NCBI GenBank assembly: GCA_050953885.1 | Contig: JBMNNJ010000001.1 | Location: 143,437 to 207,436, forward strand | DNA length: 64,000 nucleotides | DNA from: Patescibacteria group bacterium | Lineage (GTDB): Bacteria > Patescibacteriota > Microgenomatia > 0-14-0-10-38-17 | Direction: 5' to 3' | Part shown: one piece after another, positions 19,400-28,880 of the stretch | How positions within the stretch are numbered: the stretch's first letter is position 1 | Layout: each line of letters starts with the position of its first letter | Notes under the pieces: generated by a model | What the model was told of the DNA's origin: nothing | Seen by the model: only the letters and a program-made list of their open reading frames with translations | The model's database searches: none | Made by a program: the position numbers and the translations under genes

Positions 19400-22388
19400 C
19401 TTCATAAAGGGTGAATTTATTGATAGTGGCAAAATTTCTGTAATTTTCTTTTATGGTTTGATTTATTTCGCTATTGTTCTGATCAAAGCTTTCTTCTAAA
19501 AAAGTCCATGAAGTTATTCTGCCAGATCCTACAACATACCTAGGTCTTTGTTCCTGAATGTTTACTGCTATTTCTTTTTTCGAAAAACAAAATTTGGCAT
19601 TATCACCCTCTTGGCAGAAGAAAGGAACCCCCGTATCCCTATAAACCCAGGGAGAAGTTATCTTTAATATATTAGTAGGTCTTACTTCCGCCGCCAGCGC
19701 CGTATCGGCAGTGAAAATTAAATCTGTTTCCGATGTTTTTTTGTTTACGAACTCAACAACCTCCTGTAAGTCTTGGTAGCTATAGACAACGGCATTATCT
19801 ACTTTTTTTGTTTGAGAAATAATATTGCTAAAAAGTAGACTTGCAAAAAGCAGATAAGCAAAAGGTTTCGCTGTTTTAGCTTTTGTCAGGAATGGTGACA
19901 AAAAAGATATTACAAGGGGAAATAAAAACGACATCATGGCGGGGCTATGATTAATATCATTTGGTGAGCTACCACCGCTTAACAACCGAACATAGTAGGC
20001 AAAATAAGAAAAATTAAGAATAATAGATAGAAAAATTATATTTTCGTCTTTGATTGCTTCATTCTTTTTTTTCAAGATTTCCCCCTTCAACAGGAGAAAA
20101 AGCGCTAATAAAAATGTTAACAGGGCAATAATATGACAATAAAAGTTATAGTAAACAAATTTTTCTGTACCGACAGATATTAGTGAAAGATAAAATAAAT
20201 AAATAAATAATAAAATTAATGACGATTTTTCTAATAATCTCTTTCTAGAAATTAAAAATATTAAAAAGAAAATTAATATAGAAAAATAGCCGTTTTCTAA
20301 TACTGTGTTTGGCCAAAAAGAGGATATGAAACTATTTTTAAATAATTGAGATGTCACTGCTATATAGAGAAAAAGGCCAACGGATGAAAACATCCAGCTT
20401 AGATAAACTATGCTTTTAATTTTAAATTTTTTTGAGATCGTTTTGACAACGGGGATTGTTACAAGTAAAACAAGAGAAATTTTTTGATATAGGATTACAT
20501 CGTTCCAAACATAGGTAATTAAGTTGTTAATAGGGGATCCTAACAGATTAAATAAAAGAATTATTAAACCTGAAGACAGAAAGTAAAAAATAAAATAAAG
20601 TAATATTTTCGAAAATCGTTCTTCGTCCTTAAGATATCTAACTGCTTCTATATAAAAAAGAGAAAGAAAAATTAACAATCCGCCCTTATAAGTAAATGTA
20701 CTTATTGCAACGATAATGGACGATATAAAAAATGCCGACGGAATATTTTTTTTAAGGTATAAGAAGAATAGTGAAACAGAAGTAATTGAAAATATTTGAA
20801 AAAATACTTTATCTAATCCAAGGTTAATGGGGTTAATTATTTTGGAAAAGATTGAAGATATCGCAAGAAATAAAAAAGCACTTTTTTTATCAGTTGCTTT
20901 TTTTATTATTAGATAATTTAGGGCTAAAAAAAGAATTTGGTAAAAGACGACTAGTGTTCTTTGATTCTTTATGGTTGTTTTTAAGAAAGAAAAAAATGGT
21001 CTTATCATAAGCAAAGAACCGGGTTCTCTAAACCAAAAGTCATCATATAAATTAAGTTCTTCTTTCATCATTCTAATTGCGTATAAGGAGTGTCCCTCGT
21101 CGGAACCAATATCGGCAGTGGTTATTTGAGAAGTTTGATTAGAAATAAAAGTGAGAAAAAGCAAGGCAATAATTATCCAATTGGGCTGTTTCGCCCCCTT
21201 TTTTAGAAAAAATGAAGAAATAAAGAATAAAATTATTAAAAATCCCTCTATGATTATTTTTCGATTTAAGATAGTTAAGTTCAGACACGGTATTATGATA
21301 AGTGCTGCTAATGAAAGATAAGGCATTATTTTTATAATTCTTGTTTTTGTTTTTGTATTCTTAGAAACATAAAAGTAGACAACAGTTTCTAGCGTTAAGA
21401 AAAGAGTAGCAAGACTAGAGAAAGAGAGGCCGTTGTTTATAGACTTACTTACTTTTTTTAGAATATTTTCCCAAATCGATCCGATATTATTTTTCAGCTC
21501 CCCCTTATTGTAAACATACCTTGAATAAAGATAAGGTTGGTTGTTTTTATCAACCGAGGCAAAAACATAAAGGGCGGGGGTTTCTTCGTCGGGTTGCTTT
21601 TTGCCGGCTAATTCTACCAGATAGGTTTTGCTTTCGGATTCTTCAATTATAGGAAAACCAAAGGGGTAAAGATGGCTAGGAGCGGCTTGGTCAAAATAAT
21701 AGGTGTTTTCATAAAACCAGTTCTCGGCACCTTTTTCCTTAATGCGGAAAATGATTTCGGCCGGTTCATAATAGGCGATTTCTTCAAGGGGTTCTTCTTC
21801 GGCCAGATCGTCTTGGCCGATAGGTTGCTCTTTTTGGGTTTCCTGGTCGATTATTTCTTCCTCTATTTCCTCTTCCGGCTTTATCTCTATAATCTCCCCT
21901 TCTTCATTAAAGCCCAAAGCCTTTTCTTGAACCGAGAGTTTAACTCCCATCGTGCCCAAATTATTGGAATCGGCCGTAAATTCTTGGGAAATGAGCGTGT
22001 TTTCCACCAAAGGAACTTCTTTGGCGGCTTTAAAGCTTTTCGGGTGGCTTTCGTAAACCAGTGGCGAGCCGTACTGGAAAATAGCGTAGCCCACCAAAAA
22101 AGTTAGGATTAAGAGGAGATTGACGCCGGTGAGAAGGAGAAATTTCTTGGCGCTTTTAGAATGGGGGAAAAGATAAACTAAAAAAGCGACAATCTGACGC
22201 CAATTAATTAAAGCAACAAAAATAACCAGCCAAAAAGCAGCGCGGTTAAGTTGCGGTTGGCTAATACCTAAAGAAAACGAAAAAAAAGAGGCCAGGCGGG
22301 TAAAAAGCGTTAAAAGAAGTAAAGAGAAGGCAAGAGCATTAAAAAAGCGGCGCAGTTTTGGGAAAAAAGAAGGCTTTTTTAAGTCCAT
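19380..22388 (-). CDS. Very large (about 1000 aa) polytopic membrane protein with ArnT/PMT-like GT-C core and N-terminal acidic extension
   Basis: More than 15 TM segments. DEGHSLYAIRMM loop motif like the other GT-C proteins here. Glu-rich spacer EEEIEEEIIDQETQKEQ in the N-terminal 300 aa. Confidence 0.45.
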   Translation of the reverse strand: MDLKKPSFFPKLRRFFNALAFSLLLLTLFTRLASFFSFSLGISQPQLNRAAFWLVIFVALINWRQIVAFLVYLFPHSKSAKKFLLLTGVNLLLILTFLVGYAIFQYGSPLVYESHPKSFKAAKEVPLVENTLISQEFTADSNNLGTMGVKLSVQEKALGFNEEGEIIEIKPEEEIEEEIIDQETQKEQPIGQDDLAEEEPLEEIAYYEPAEIIFRIKEKGAENWFYENTYYFDQAAPSHLYPFGFPIIEESESKTYLVELAGKKQPDEETPALYVFASVDKNNQPYLYSRYVYNKGELKNNIGSIWENILKKVSKSINNGLSFSSLATLFLTLETVVYFYVSKNTKTKTRIIKIMPYLSLAALIIIPCLNLTILNRKIIIEGFLIILFFISSFFLKKGAKQPNWIIIALLFLTFISNQTSQITTADIGSDEGHSLYAIRMMKEELNLYDDFWFREPGSLLMIRPFFSFLKTTIKNQRTLVVFYQILFLALNYLIIKKATDKKSAFLFLAISSIFSKIINPINLGLDKVFFQIFSITSVSLFFLYLKKNIPSAFFISSIIVAISTFTYKGGLLIFLSLFYIEAVRYLKDEERFSKILLYFIFYFLSSGLIILLFNLLGSPINNLITYVWNDVILYQKISLVLLVTIPVVKTISKKFKIKSIVYLSWMFSSVGLFLYIAVTSQLFKNSFISSFWPNTVLENGYFSILIFFLIFLISRKRLLEKSSLILLFIYLFYLSLISVGTEKFVYYNFYCHIIALLTFLLALFLLLKGEILKKKNEAIKDENIIFLSIILNFSYFAYYVRLLSGGSSPNDINHSPAMMSFLFPLVISFLSPFLTKAKTAKPFAYLLFASLLFSNIISQTKKVDNAVVYSYQDLQEVVEFVNKKTSETDLIFTADTALAAEVRPTNILKITSPWVYRDTGVPFFCQEGDNAKFCFSKKEIAVNIQEQRPRYVVGSGRITSWTFLEESFDQNNSEINQTIKENYRNFATINKFTLYEVKYQNQ

Positions 22389-22454
22389 CGCTAGTTGTAA
22401 AAAGATTTGGTTTTTATTATAGCGTATTTATTAACAAGTAATACGTAACTCGTA

Positions 22455-22545
22455 ACTGGTAACTAACGCAGATTCTGACTTTCGTCAGAATGACAGAAAA
22501 GTGCCAGAATGACAATTACGATTATCGTCAAAATGACGGAGCAAG
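22455..22545. repeat. Family-A hairpin repeat block abutting the 3' end of the paralog gene
   Basis: aacgcagattctgactttcgtcagaatgac... The gene stop lies at the repeat boundary. Confidence 0.8.
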
Positions 22546-23151
22546 CTCTCCCGGATCACGGATGGTGAAGGGAAGGCGGTCACTTTCCCGGCCATCATAT
22601 TTTTTAACATACAAGTCGCCTTTAAAAAAACGAGGCGGGTGGGGCTGAACGGCAACAATTTTTTCTTCCCCCCATTCTTTGATTTGAAATTCAAGGTCGT
22701 CAACAAAAACTTTTCCCGGTTGCCAAGCGGGCCCAAAATTTTTGCCTTCAATAATAATTTCCATCCCCACCATTGACCAATTGATCTCTTTTGGCTCACC
22801 CACCGTGGCCCATGAAGAAAGAATTCGGTAAATTTTTGGCTCTTCCTGTAGACGCTGGTAAAAATCAGTATAGACACGGTTAACCACCAAACCCACCAAC
22901 AAGGCGGTGAAAAAAACCGGCCAAAATTTAGCACCAACTTCCCTTGCCCGACGGGAAAAATAGTTAACCGAAAAGACTGCCAAAAAAACCGCCAGAAGCA
23001 AAAAGGTTTTTTGAGACGAGGAAATATGCTTTAAAACCAAAAATTTTTCCGTTAAAAGATATTCGGCGGGAATAATTAAAAGAAAGTAGAAAATAATGGT
23101 TTGGGCAACCACAAGCAGGTTAGGGAGAAGAAATTTTTTAAAAAAAGCCAT
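22528..23151 (-). CDS. Small membrane protein (3 N-terminal TM helices plus C-terminal domain), tandem paralog 1
   Basis: 207 aa, about 90% identical to the 23409..24032 product. Confidence 0.55.
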   Translation of the reverse strand: MAFFKKFLLPNLLVVAQTIIFYFLLIIPAEYLLTEKFLVLKHISSSQKTFLLLAVFLAVFSVNYFSRRAREVGAKFWPVFFTALLVGLVVNRVYTDFYQRLQEEPKIYRILSSWATVGEPKEINWSMVGMEIIIEGKNFGPAWQPGKVFVDDLEFQIKEWGEEKIVAVQPHPPRFFKGDLYVKKYDGRESDRLPFTIRDPGELAPSF

Positions 23152-23225
23152 TGATAAGAAAAGTATAACACTAATCGGGGAACGCGTAACTGGTAACTGG
23201 TAATACGTAATACGTAACTCGTAAC

Positions 23226-23440
23226 TGGTAACTAACGCAGATTCTGACTTTCGTCAGAATGACGGTTAGAGGAAGCACCAGGATGACGACGGTCGCGCCG
23301 TCATTCCGGACTTGATCCGGAATCTGTGCTATTGCCAGAAAACGCAGATTCTGACTTTCGTCAGAATGACGGCTAGGGGAAGCGTCAGAATGACGGTTAC
23401 GATTAGCGTCAGAATGACGGAGCAAGCTCTCCCGGATCAC
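23226..23440. repeat. Family-A composite repeat block between the tandem paralogs
   Basis: Contains the H1, H2 and gtcagaatgacg modules. Confidence 0.85.
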
Positions 23441-24032
23441 GGATGGTGAAAGGGAGGCGGCTACTTTCCCGACCATTATATTTTTGAACATACAAGCCGC
23501 CTTTAAAAAAATGGGGCGGGTGGGGCTGAATAACAATAATTTTCTCTTCTCCCCATTCTTTGATTTGAAATTCAAGGCCGTCAACAAAAACTTTTCCCGG
23601 TTGCCAAGCGGGCCCAAAATTTTTACCGTCAATAATAATTTCCATTCCCACCATTGACCAATCAATCTCTTTTGGCTCACCCACCGTGGCCCATGAAGAA
23701 AGAATTCGGTAAATTTTTGGCTCTTCCTGTAGACGCTGGTAAAAATCAGTATAGACACGGTTAACCACCAAACCCACCAACAAGGCGGTGAAAAAAACCG
23801 GCCAAAATTTGGCGCCAATTTTCCTTACCCGGCGGGAAAAATAGTTAACCAAAAAGACCGTTAAAAAAACCGCCAAAAGCAAAAAAGTTTTTTGAGACGA
23901 GGGAATATGCTTTAAAACCAAAAATTTTTCCGTTAAAAGATATTCGGCAGGAATAATTAAAAGAAAGTAGAAAATAATGGTTTGGGCAACCACAAGCAGG
24001 TTGGGGAGAAGAAATTTTTTAAAAGAAAACAT
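23409..24032 (-). CDS. Small membrane protein, tandem paralog 2
   Basis: 207 aa. Same architecture and same repeat-abutted 3' end as paralog 1. Confidence 0.55.
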   Translation of the reverse strand: MFSFKKFLLPNLLVVAQTIIFYFLLIIPAEYLLTEKFLVLKHIPSSQKTFLLLAVFLTVFLVNYFSRRVRKIGAKFWPVFFTALLVGLVVNRVYTDFYQRLQEEPKIYRILSSWATVGEPKEIDWSMVGMEIIIDGKNFGPAWQPGKVFVDGLEFQIKEWGEEKIIVIQPHPPHFFKGGLYVQKYNGRESSRLPFTIRDPGELAPSF

Positions 24033-24054
24033 GACAAGAAAAGTATAACACTAA

Positions 24055-24215
24055 TCGGGGAATACGTAACTAGTAACTGGTAATACATAACTAGTAACTG
24101 GTAATACGTAACTAGTAACTCGTAATACGTAACTAGTAACTGGTAATTCGTAACTCGTAACTGGTAATTCGTAACTAGTAACTGGTAATACGTAACTCGT
24201 AACTGGTAACTAACG
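24055..24215. repeat. GTAACT-type minisatellite (7-bp units NGTAAYW with 21-bp higher-order period, about 8 periods)
   Basis: gtaactagtaactggtaatac repeated. Shorter arrays at 22430-22455, 23170-23225, 4617-4672 and 50590-50690. Confidence 0.85.
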
Positions 24216-24535
24216 CAGATTCTGACTTTCGTCAGAATGACGGCTAGGGGAAGCGTCAGAATGACAATTACGATTAGCGTCATTCTGAACTTGATTCAGA
24301 ATCTGTTTTAAAAAAAACTAAAACGCAGATTCTGACTTTCGTCAGAATGACAGAAAAGCGGCAGGATGACAACAGTCGTGCCGTCATTCCGGACTTGATC
24401 CGGAATCTGTATTATTGCCAGAAAACGCAGATTCTGGCTTTCGCCAGAATGACAAAAAAACGTCAGAATGACAAAGAAGCATCAGAATGACGGTTAGGGG
24501 AAGCATCAGGATAACGTCCTTATTATCAAGAAGCC
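24215..24535. repeat. Family-A composite repeat array
   Basis: H1, H5 (cattctgaacttgattcagaatc) and H2 modules. Confidence 0.85.
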
Positions 24536-24539
24536 AATT

Positions 24540-25235
24540 TTAGAAACTTTCGTTAACCGCTTCTAAGGCAAAAGGAAGGCCGGAAAAGGGCTTGTGGGGG
24601 CTATCCTTTTTGGCAAAAACTAAAGCCGTTTCCCGATCTCCCATAAAATGCCAAATTAGTTTTAAATCTTTTAAAAGAGAGAGGTTTTCTTGAACAGAAC
24701 GAGAATAAACTTGAGTATGGTTGCGGCGAGATTCGCGGGCAGACCGAAAAGAAGGCAAAAAAGAAACTAAAGGTTCAGAAAAAATGCTTACCACCACTCC
24801 TTCTTTAGTTAAGGTTCGTCCGGCTTCTTTGCCAAAACAAGATAATTTTTCGTTATCCATAAAACTGGTGGTGCCGTCAAGCCAAATAAGATCAAGGCTC
24901 TCGTTGGCAAAGGGCATCTTGGCCAAATCGGCTTGAACACGAAAAAGCTTTTTTTCCTTCGAAGGCAAGGGAAGGCTAGCTTTTTCAAACGGCTGACGAT
25001 TAAAATCAAGAAGATAAATTTCATCTTTTTTTTGGGGCCGAAAATAACCGCAGTCGTTAATAAAAGCGGCCGCGGTGGAGCTGTGGGGAGAAAACCCGCC
25101 CAAAACCAACCTTAAACTTTCTTTTTTAGCTAAAGGAGAGCAAGAGGATTCCTTTAAAACCCTCTTAAGTAAGCCACGGCCAAGGCGGCAGTAGTAAGAC
25201 TCCGGGCAGATTTGGTAATACTCTTTCCACCCCAT
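24540..25235 (-). CDS. Hypothetical protein, possible class I SAM-dependent methyltransferase
   Basis: LVLGGFSP (G-rich) and DLIWLDG motifs. Weak. Confidence 0.35.
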   Translation of the reverse strand: MGWKEYYQICPESYYCRLGRGLLKRVLKESSCSPLAKKESLRLVLGGFSPHSSTAAAFINDCGYFRPQKKDEIYLLDFNRQPFEKASLPLPSKEKKLFRVQADLAKMPFANESLDLIWLDGTTSFMDNEKLSCFGKEAGRTLTKEGVVVSIFSEPLVSFLPSFRSARESRRNHTQVYSRSVQENLSLLKDLKLIWHFMGDRETALVFAKKDSPHKPFSGLPFALEAVNESF

Positions 25236-25378
25236 CGTTTATATCCAGCTTGTTTGGCTGGGAATAAATATAACCTATATTATAACCTAAGGAGACTAAA
25301 AAAGAAATCAAACCGTTCCCCGGAAGTTGTTGGGGCGGCTACCGCGATAATTCTGGTTTATCAAGACTAAAAAGAAGA

Positions 25379-25846
25379 CTACTCTAATCTCTTAACCAGA
25401 TAAACAGCAGGGATAAAAAGATGACCCTCCTTGGGAGGATTATCCCAAAAATTAGTTCCCCACATCGGGGAATATCTTTTTTCGTCGCAAAGATCGAGTA
25501 TTTCATCGCTCGCGACGCTAAGGGGATGAACCTCAAAAACTTGATAGAAAGCGTTATTAACACTAAACTTATCTCCTTTATTTGTAAAATCGCCTCCCGC
25601 CTTATTTAAAGCCTCGATTAATTTTTCCGGTGTGCCAAGCTGGGAATAATCCTCTGCGGGAATCTTATTTAAAAAACGCCAAAAATTTTGCGCATTTTCG
25701 GCAATATTTTCCCTTGTTTTTTGATCCCCCATTTCTTCTCCCTGCGCTTCTTTCTCGAGCGCCTTAGCTCTTACTTCTTCTATTAGAGTTATTTTTTGGG
25801 GCGTTTGCTCTGGGCTATTATCAACCGTAATTTCTCCTTCGGCCAT
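25379..25846 (-). CDS. Acidic hypothetical protein
   Basis: 155-aa ORF with coding-like composition. No recognisable motif. Confidence 0.45.
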   Translation of the reverse strand: MAEGEITVDNSPEQTPQKITLIEEVRAKALEKEAQGEEMGDQKTRENIAENAQNFWRFLNKIPAEDYSQLGTPEKLIEALNKAGGDFTNKGDKFSVNNAFYQVFEVHPLSVASDEILDLCDEKRYSPMWGTNFWDNPPKEGHLFIPAVYLVKRLE

Positions 25847-25919
25847 AATATTTTATTGACTTATATTGACTATACTGACATTATTATAATTATTATAAAG
25901 GAAAAAACAACCTTTTACC

Positions 25920-26429
25920 ATGAAGAAAAAATATCTTCTTATTATTCCCTTGATTTTAATAACCATCGCGGCGATTGCCGCGGTAGCTTTTCCAAGAGGA
26001 AATCAGCCTGCTTTTCCGCCTAAAGAAGAAACTAACTTTTTTAAAGACGGTGAAAAAATTAAGCTTTTGGTTGAAAACGTTGAATTTGAGTCAGAGGTAG
26101 TTAAAAACCCGGCGGCGCGAGCCAAAGGCTTGGGGGGAAGAAGCGATCTTTGCCCTCAATGCGGAATGCTTTTTATTTTTGAAGCCGATGGCAACCATGC
26201 TTTTTGGATGAAAGACACGCTTATCCCCTTGGATATTATTTGGCTTGATAAAAATTGGCAGGTGGTGGATTTTGTTGCCTTTGCCCAGCCGCAGGCAGGC
26301 CGCCCTGATGAGGAATTGCCTGTTTACCGCCCAAAAACCCCTGCCCGCTATGTTTTGGAACTGCCGGGAGGGACGGTGGAAAAAATCAGGGGGTTTAAAA
26401 TTGGCAGTCGGGTGGAATTAGAAAAGTAA
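25920..26429 (+). CDS. DUF192-domain secreted/membrane-anchored protein
   Basis: N-terminal TM segment. GMLFIFEADGNHAFWMKDTLIPLDIIWLD matches the DUF192 core. Confidence 0.7.
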   Translation: MKKKYLLIIPLILITIAAIAAVAFPRGNQPAFPPKEETNFFKDGEKIKLLVENVEFESEVVKNPAARAKGLGGRSDLCPQCGMLFIFEADGNHAFWMKDTLIPLDIIWLDKNWQVVDFVAFAQPQAGRPDEELPVYRPKTPARYVLELPGGTVEKIRGFKIGSRVELEK

Positions 26430-26465
26430 GCTCCCGAGGTTTGAAGCTATTTAACTCCGGGGGTT

Positions 26466-26650
26466 AGCAAAGTTAGATCCTGACTTTCGTCAGGATGACA
26501 CTAACCGCCATTCTGAACTTGATTCAGAATCAGTCTTAAAAAAACTAAAACGCAGATTCTGACTTTCGTCAGAATGACAGTTAGGGGAAGCGTCAGAATG
26601 ACAGAAAAACGTCAGAATGACAATTACGATTAGCGTCATCCTGATAAGAA
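26466..26650. repeat. Family-A composite repeat block
   Basis: H1/H5 modules. Nearly identical to 24280-24360 and 29385-29460. Confidence 0.85.
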
Positions 26651-26680
26651 GCGATAAGATAATGGTGCTATAATAGCCTT

Positions 26681-27076
26681 ATGAGTGAAAAAGAAATTTG
26701 GGAGCAAAAAAGCTTTGCTGATTTTGGCGGCGATGCCAAAGAAAGCAAAGAAGCCTCAAATTACTACTTAATCCCCAAAGGAACGATTGTTTGGCCCCAA
26801 AAGGAAGGGGGGATTATTAACTACTATCGCGGCGCGCTTATCGAAAGCGCCTTAGCCACGCCGGTTTTTGAAGAAACTGAAGATAAAAAACAAAAAAGAG
26901 AAAAAGGTTTATTATTTTGGGAATTATTGGGAACAAGTCGCGAATTGCCTGACGGCTCAATAGTGGTAAAAAATAACGCCACTTTATATTTCGACGGTCG
27001 TTATTGGCAAATTAAATCAGGAGACGTTATTGCCACCGACTCAAAAAAAGAAAATAAGATTAGCAAAATCAAATGA
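26681..27076 (+). CDS. Hypothetical protein
   Basis: 131 aa. Translationally coupled (ATGA overlap) to the downstream GT4. Confidence 0.45.
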   Translation: MSEKEIWEQKSFADFGGDAKESKEASNYYLIPKGTIVWPQKEGGIINYYRGALIESALATPVFEETEDKKQKREKGLLFWELLGTSRELPDGSIVVKNNATLYFDGRYWQIKSGDVIATDSKKENKISKIK

Positions 27077-28206
27077 TTATCGGTGTTGATGGCAATGAAG
27101 CCAATACAGAAAAAAGAGTCGGGGTGGGTCAGTATTCTTTAGCGCTTCTTGGCTTTTGGCAAAAGTGGGCCAATAGGGAAAATCAATTTTGGGTTTATCT
27201 TCACGGCCCGGCTAACCAAAAAGTTCTTCCCCCTCCTTGTCCTTATTTTTCCTACCTTTCCTTTGGCCCCCAAAAGTTTTGGACCCAATTTGCTCTGCCG
27301 GCCAAACTTTATTCCCAAAAAGAAAAGCCCCATGCCTTTTTTTCTCCCGCTCATTATTCTCCCCGTTTTTCACCAATACCCACCGTTTTAACTATCCACG
27401 ACCTTGCCTTTTTTTACTACCCCAAAGAGTTTAAAACCCGCGATCTTTGGCAATTAAAACGCTGGACAGCTTATTCGGTTAAAAAAGCCCAAAAAATTAT
27501 TGCCGTTTCGCAAAACTCCAAAAATGATTTAATTCGTTTCTATGGCTTGCCGGAGGAAAAAATTAGCGTTGTTTACAACGGCTATGACCGGGAAAGATTT
27601 TCCCCCAAAAAAAATAAAAGAGAAATCGGCAGAGTGCGGAAAAAATACCAAACCGGCGCCGATTATCTTCTTTACGTGGGCACTCTTCAGCCCCGAAAAA
27701 ACATTATCAGCTTAATTAAAGCCTTCCCTTTTATCTTAAATCAAGATCAGCGCCGCCGCAAAACCTTGAAGCTGGTGATCGCCGGCAAAAAGGGCTGGCT
27801 TTATGAAAATCTTTTTAACACGGTACGAGAATTAAAGCTAACCGAAAAGGTTATTTTTACCGATTTTGTTGCCGACGAGGATTTGCCCTATCTTTTAAGC
27901 GGCGCCAGGCTCTTTGTTCTTCCCTCCTTGTATGAAGGCTTTGGCCTCACCGCTCTTGAGGCGATGGCCTGCGGCGCGCCGGTTTTGGTTTCCAAAAACT
28001 CTTCTTTACCGGAGGTGGTGGGAGAAGCCGGCCTTTATCTTGAAAACCCCGAGGATTTACAAGAAATTAGCCAAAAAGTGGGGCAAATTCTTGATAGCCG
28101 CGATTTGGCGGCAAGCCTTGCCAAAAAAGGCTTGGAGCAAGCCCAAAAGTTTTCTTGGGAAAAATGCGCAAAAGAAACGCTGGAAATTATTAAAAAGACA
28201 ACGTAA
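27073..28206 (+). CDS. GT4 glycosyltransferase
   Basis: [28 protein letters not shown]. Confidence 0.85.
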   Translation: MIIGVDGNEANTEKRVGVGQYSLALLGFWQKWANRENQFWVYLHGPANQKVLPPPCPYFSYLSFGPQKFWTQFALPAKLYSQKEKPHAFFSPAHYSPRFSPIPTVLTIHDLAFFYYPKEFKTRDLWQLKRWTAYSVKKAQKIIAVSQNSKNDLIRFYGLPEEKISVVYNGYDRERFSPKKNKREIGRVRKKYQTGADYLLYVGTLQPRKNIISLIKAFPFILNQDQRRRKTLKLVIAGKKGWLYENLFNTVRELKLTEKVIFTDFVADEDLPYLLSGARLFVLPSLYEGFGLTALEAMACGAPVLVSKNSSLPEVVGEAGLYLENPEDLQEISQKVGQILDSRDLAASLAKKGLEQAQKFSWEKCAKETLEIIKKTT

Positions 28207-28439
28207 CTATTGTTCTCGCCTTAAATTTGGAGTCAGAGTTGATTATTTAAAGTTAAAAGTCAAAATTCAAAAGTCAAAAGTGCAAGTCAAAATTAAAAAG
28301 TAACGTCACCCCTGAATTAGATTCAGGATCAGGCTCTGAGCTTGATTCAGAATTTTGCGTGAAATGCCTGAAATGTATGAGACGTTTGAAACGTAAAAAC
28401 ATTAAACGATTCAGGCGATTCAAACCTCAAGCGTTTCAA

Positions 28440-28880
28440 GCATCAAGCTTTAAGGCCGATCCTGACTTTCGTCAGAATGACGGTTAGGGGAAGCGTCAGG
28501 ATGACGACAGCCGTGCCGTCATTCCGGACTTGTCCCGCCATAGCGGGATCCGCCTCAGGCAGAATCCGGAATTTATGTTATTGTAAGAAAACGCAGATCC
28601 TGACTTTCGTCAGGATGACGGTTAGGGGAAGCGTCAGGATGACGATAACCGTGCCGTCATTCCGGACTTGATCCGGAATCTGTGCTATTACCAGAAAACG
28701 CAGATTCTGACTTTCGTCAGAATGACAAAAAAAACGTCAGAATGACGATAACCGTGCCGTCATTCCGGACTTGATCCGGAATCTGTGTTATTACCAGAAA
28801 ACGCAGATCCTGACTTTCGTCAGGATGACAAAAAAAACGTTAGGATGACGATTAGTGAAAGCGTCAGGATGACGGTTACG
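28440..28880. repeat. About 4 tandem units (about 110 bp each) of the family-A composite hairpin repeat
   Basis: Each unit is gatcctgactttcgtcaggatgac-ggttaggggaagc-gtcaggatgacg-...-gtcattccggacttgatccggaatctgtgttattaccagaaaacgca. Unit 1 carries a nested ccgccatagcgggatccgcctcaggc insertion. Confidence 0.9.

Noticed and set aside
22485-23818. Long alternative-frame ORFs (22485..22937 and 23171..23818) overlapping the tandem paralog genes
   Set aside because: They overlap the TM-containing 207-aa genes on the same strand and continue through repeat DNA. Their conservation between the copies is explained by the recent duplication, so they are most likely spurious.
24721-25115. Small ORFs (24721..24936, 24809..25024, 24933..25115)
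   Set aside because: They are nested within or antisense to the 231-aa minus-strand gene, so they are spurious.
26431-26470. Third copy of the IS200-like flank hairpin
   Set aside because: Only partial similarity (cccgaggtt ... ccggggg), so it is not a complete hairpin. It is noted but not called a feature.
28440-28880. Possible CRISPR array (regularly spaced repeats)
   Set aside because: The spacers between hairpins are themselves repeated and nearly identical (ggttaggggaagc, ataaccgtgcc). There are no unique spacers and no cas genes. These are tandem composite REP/MITE-like units.
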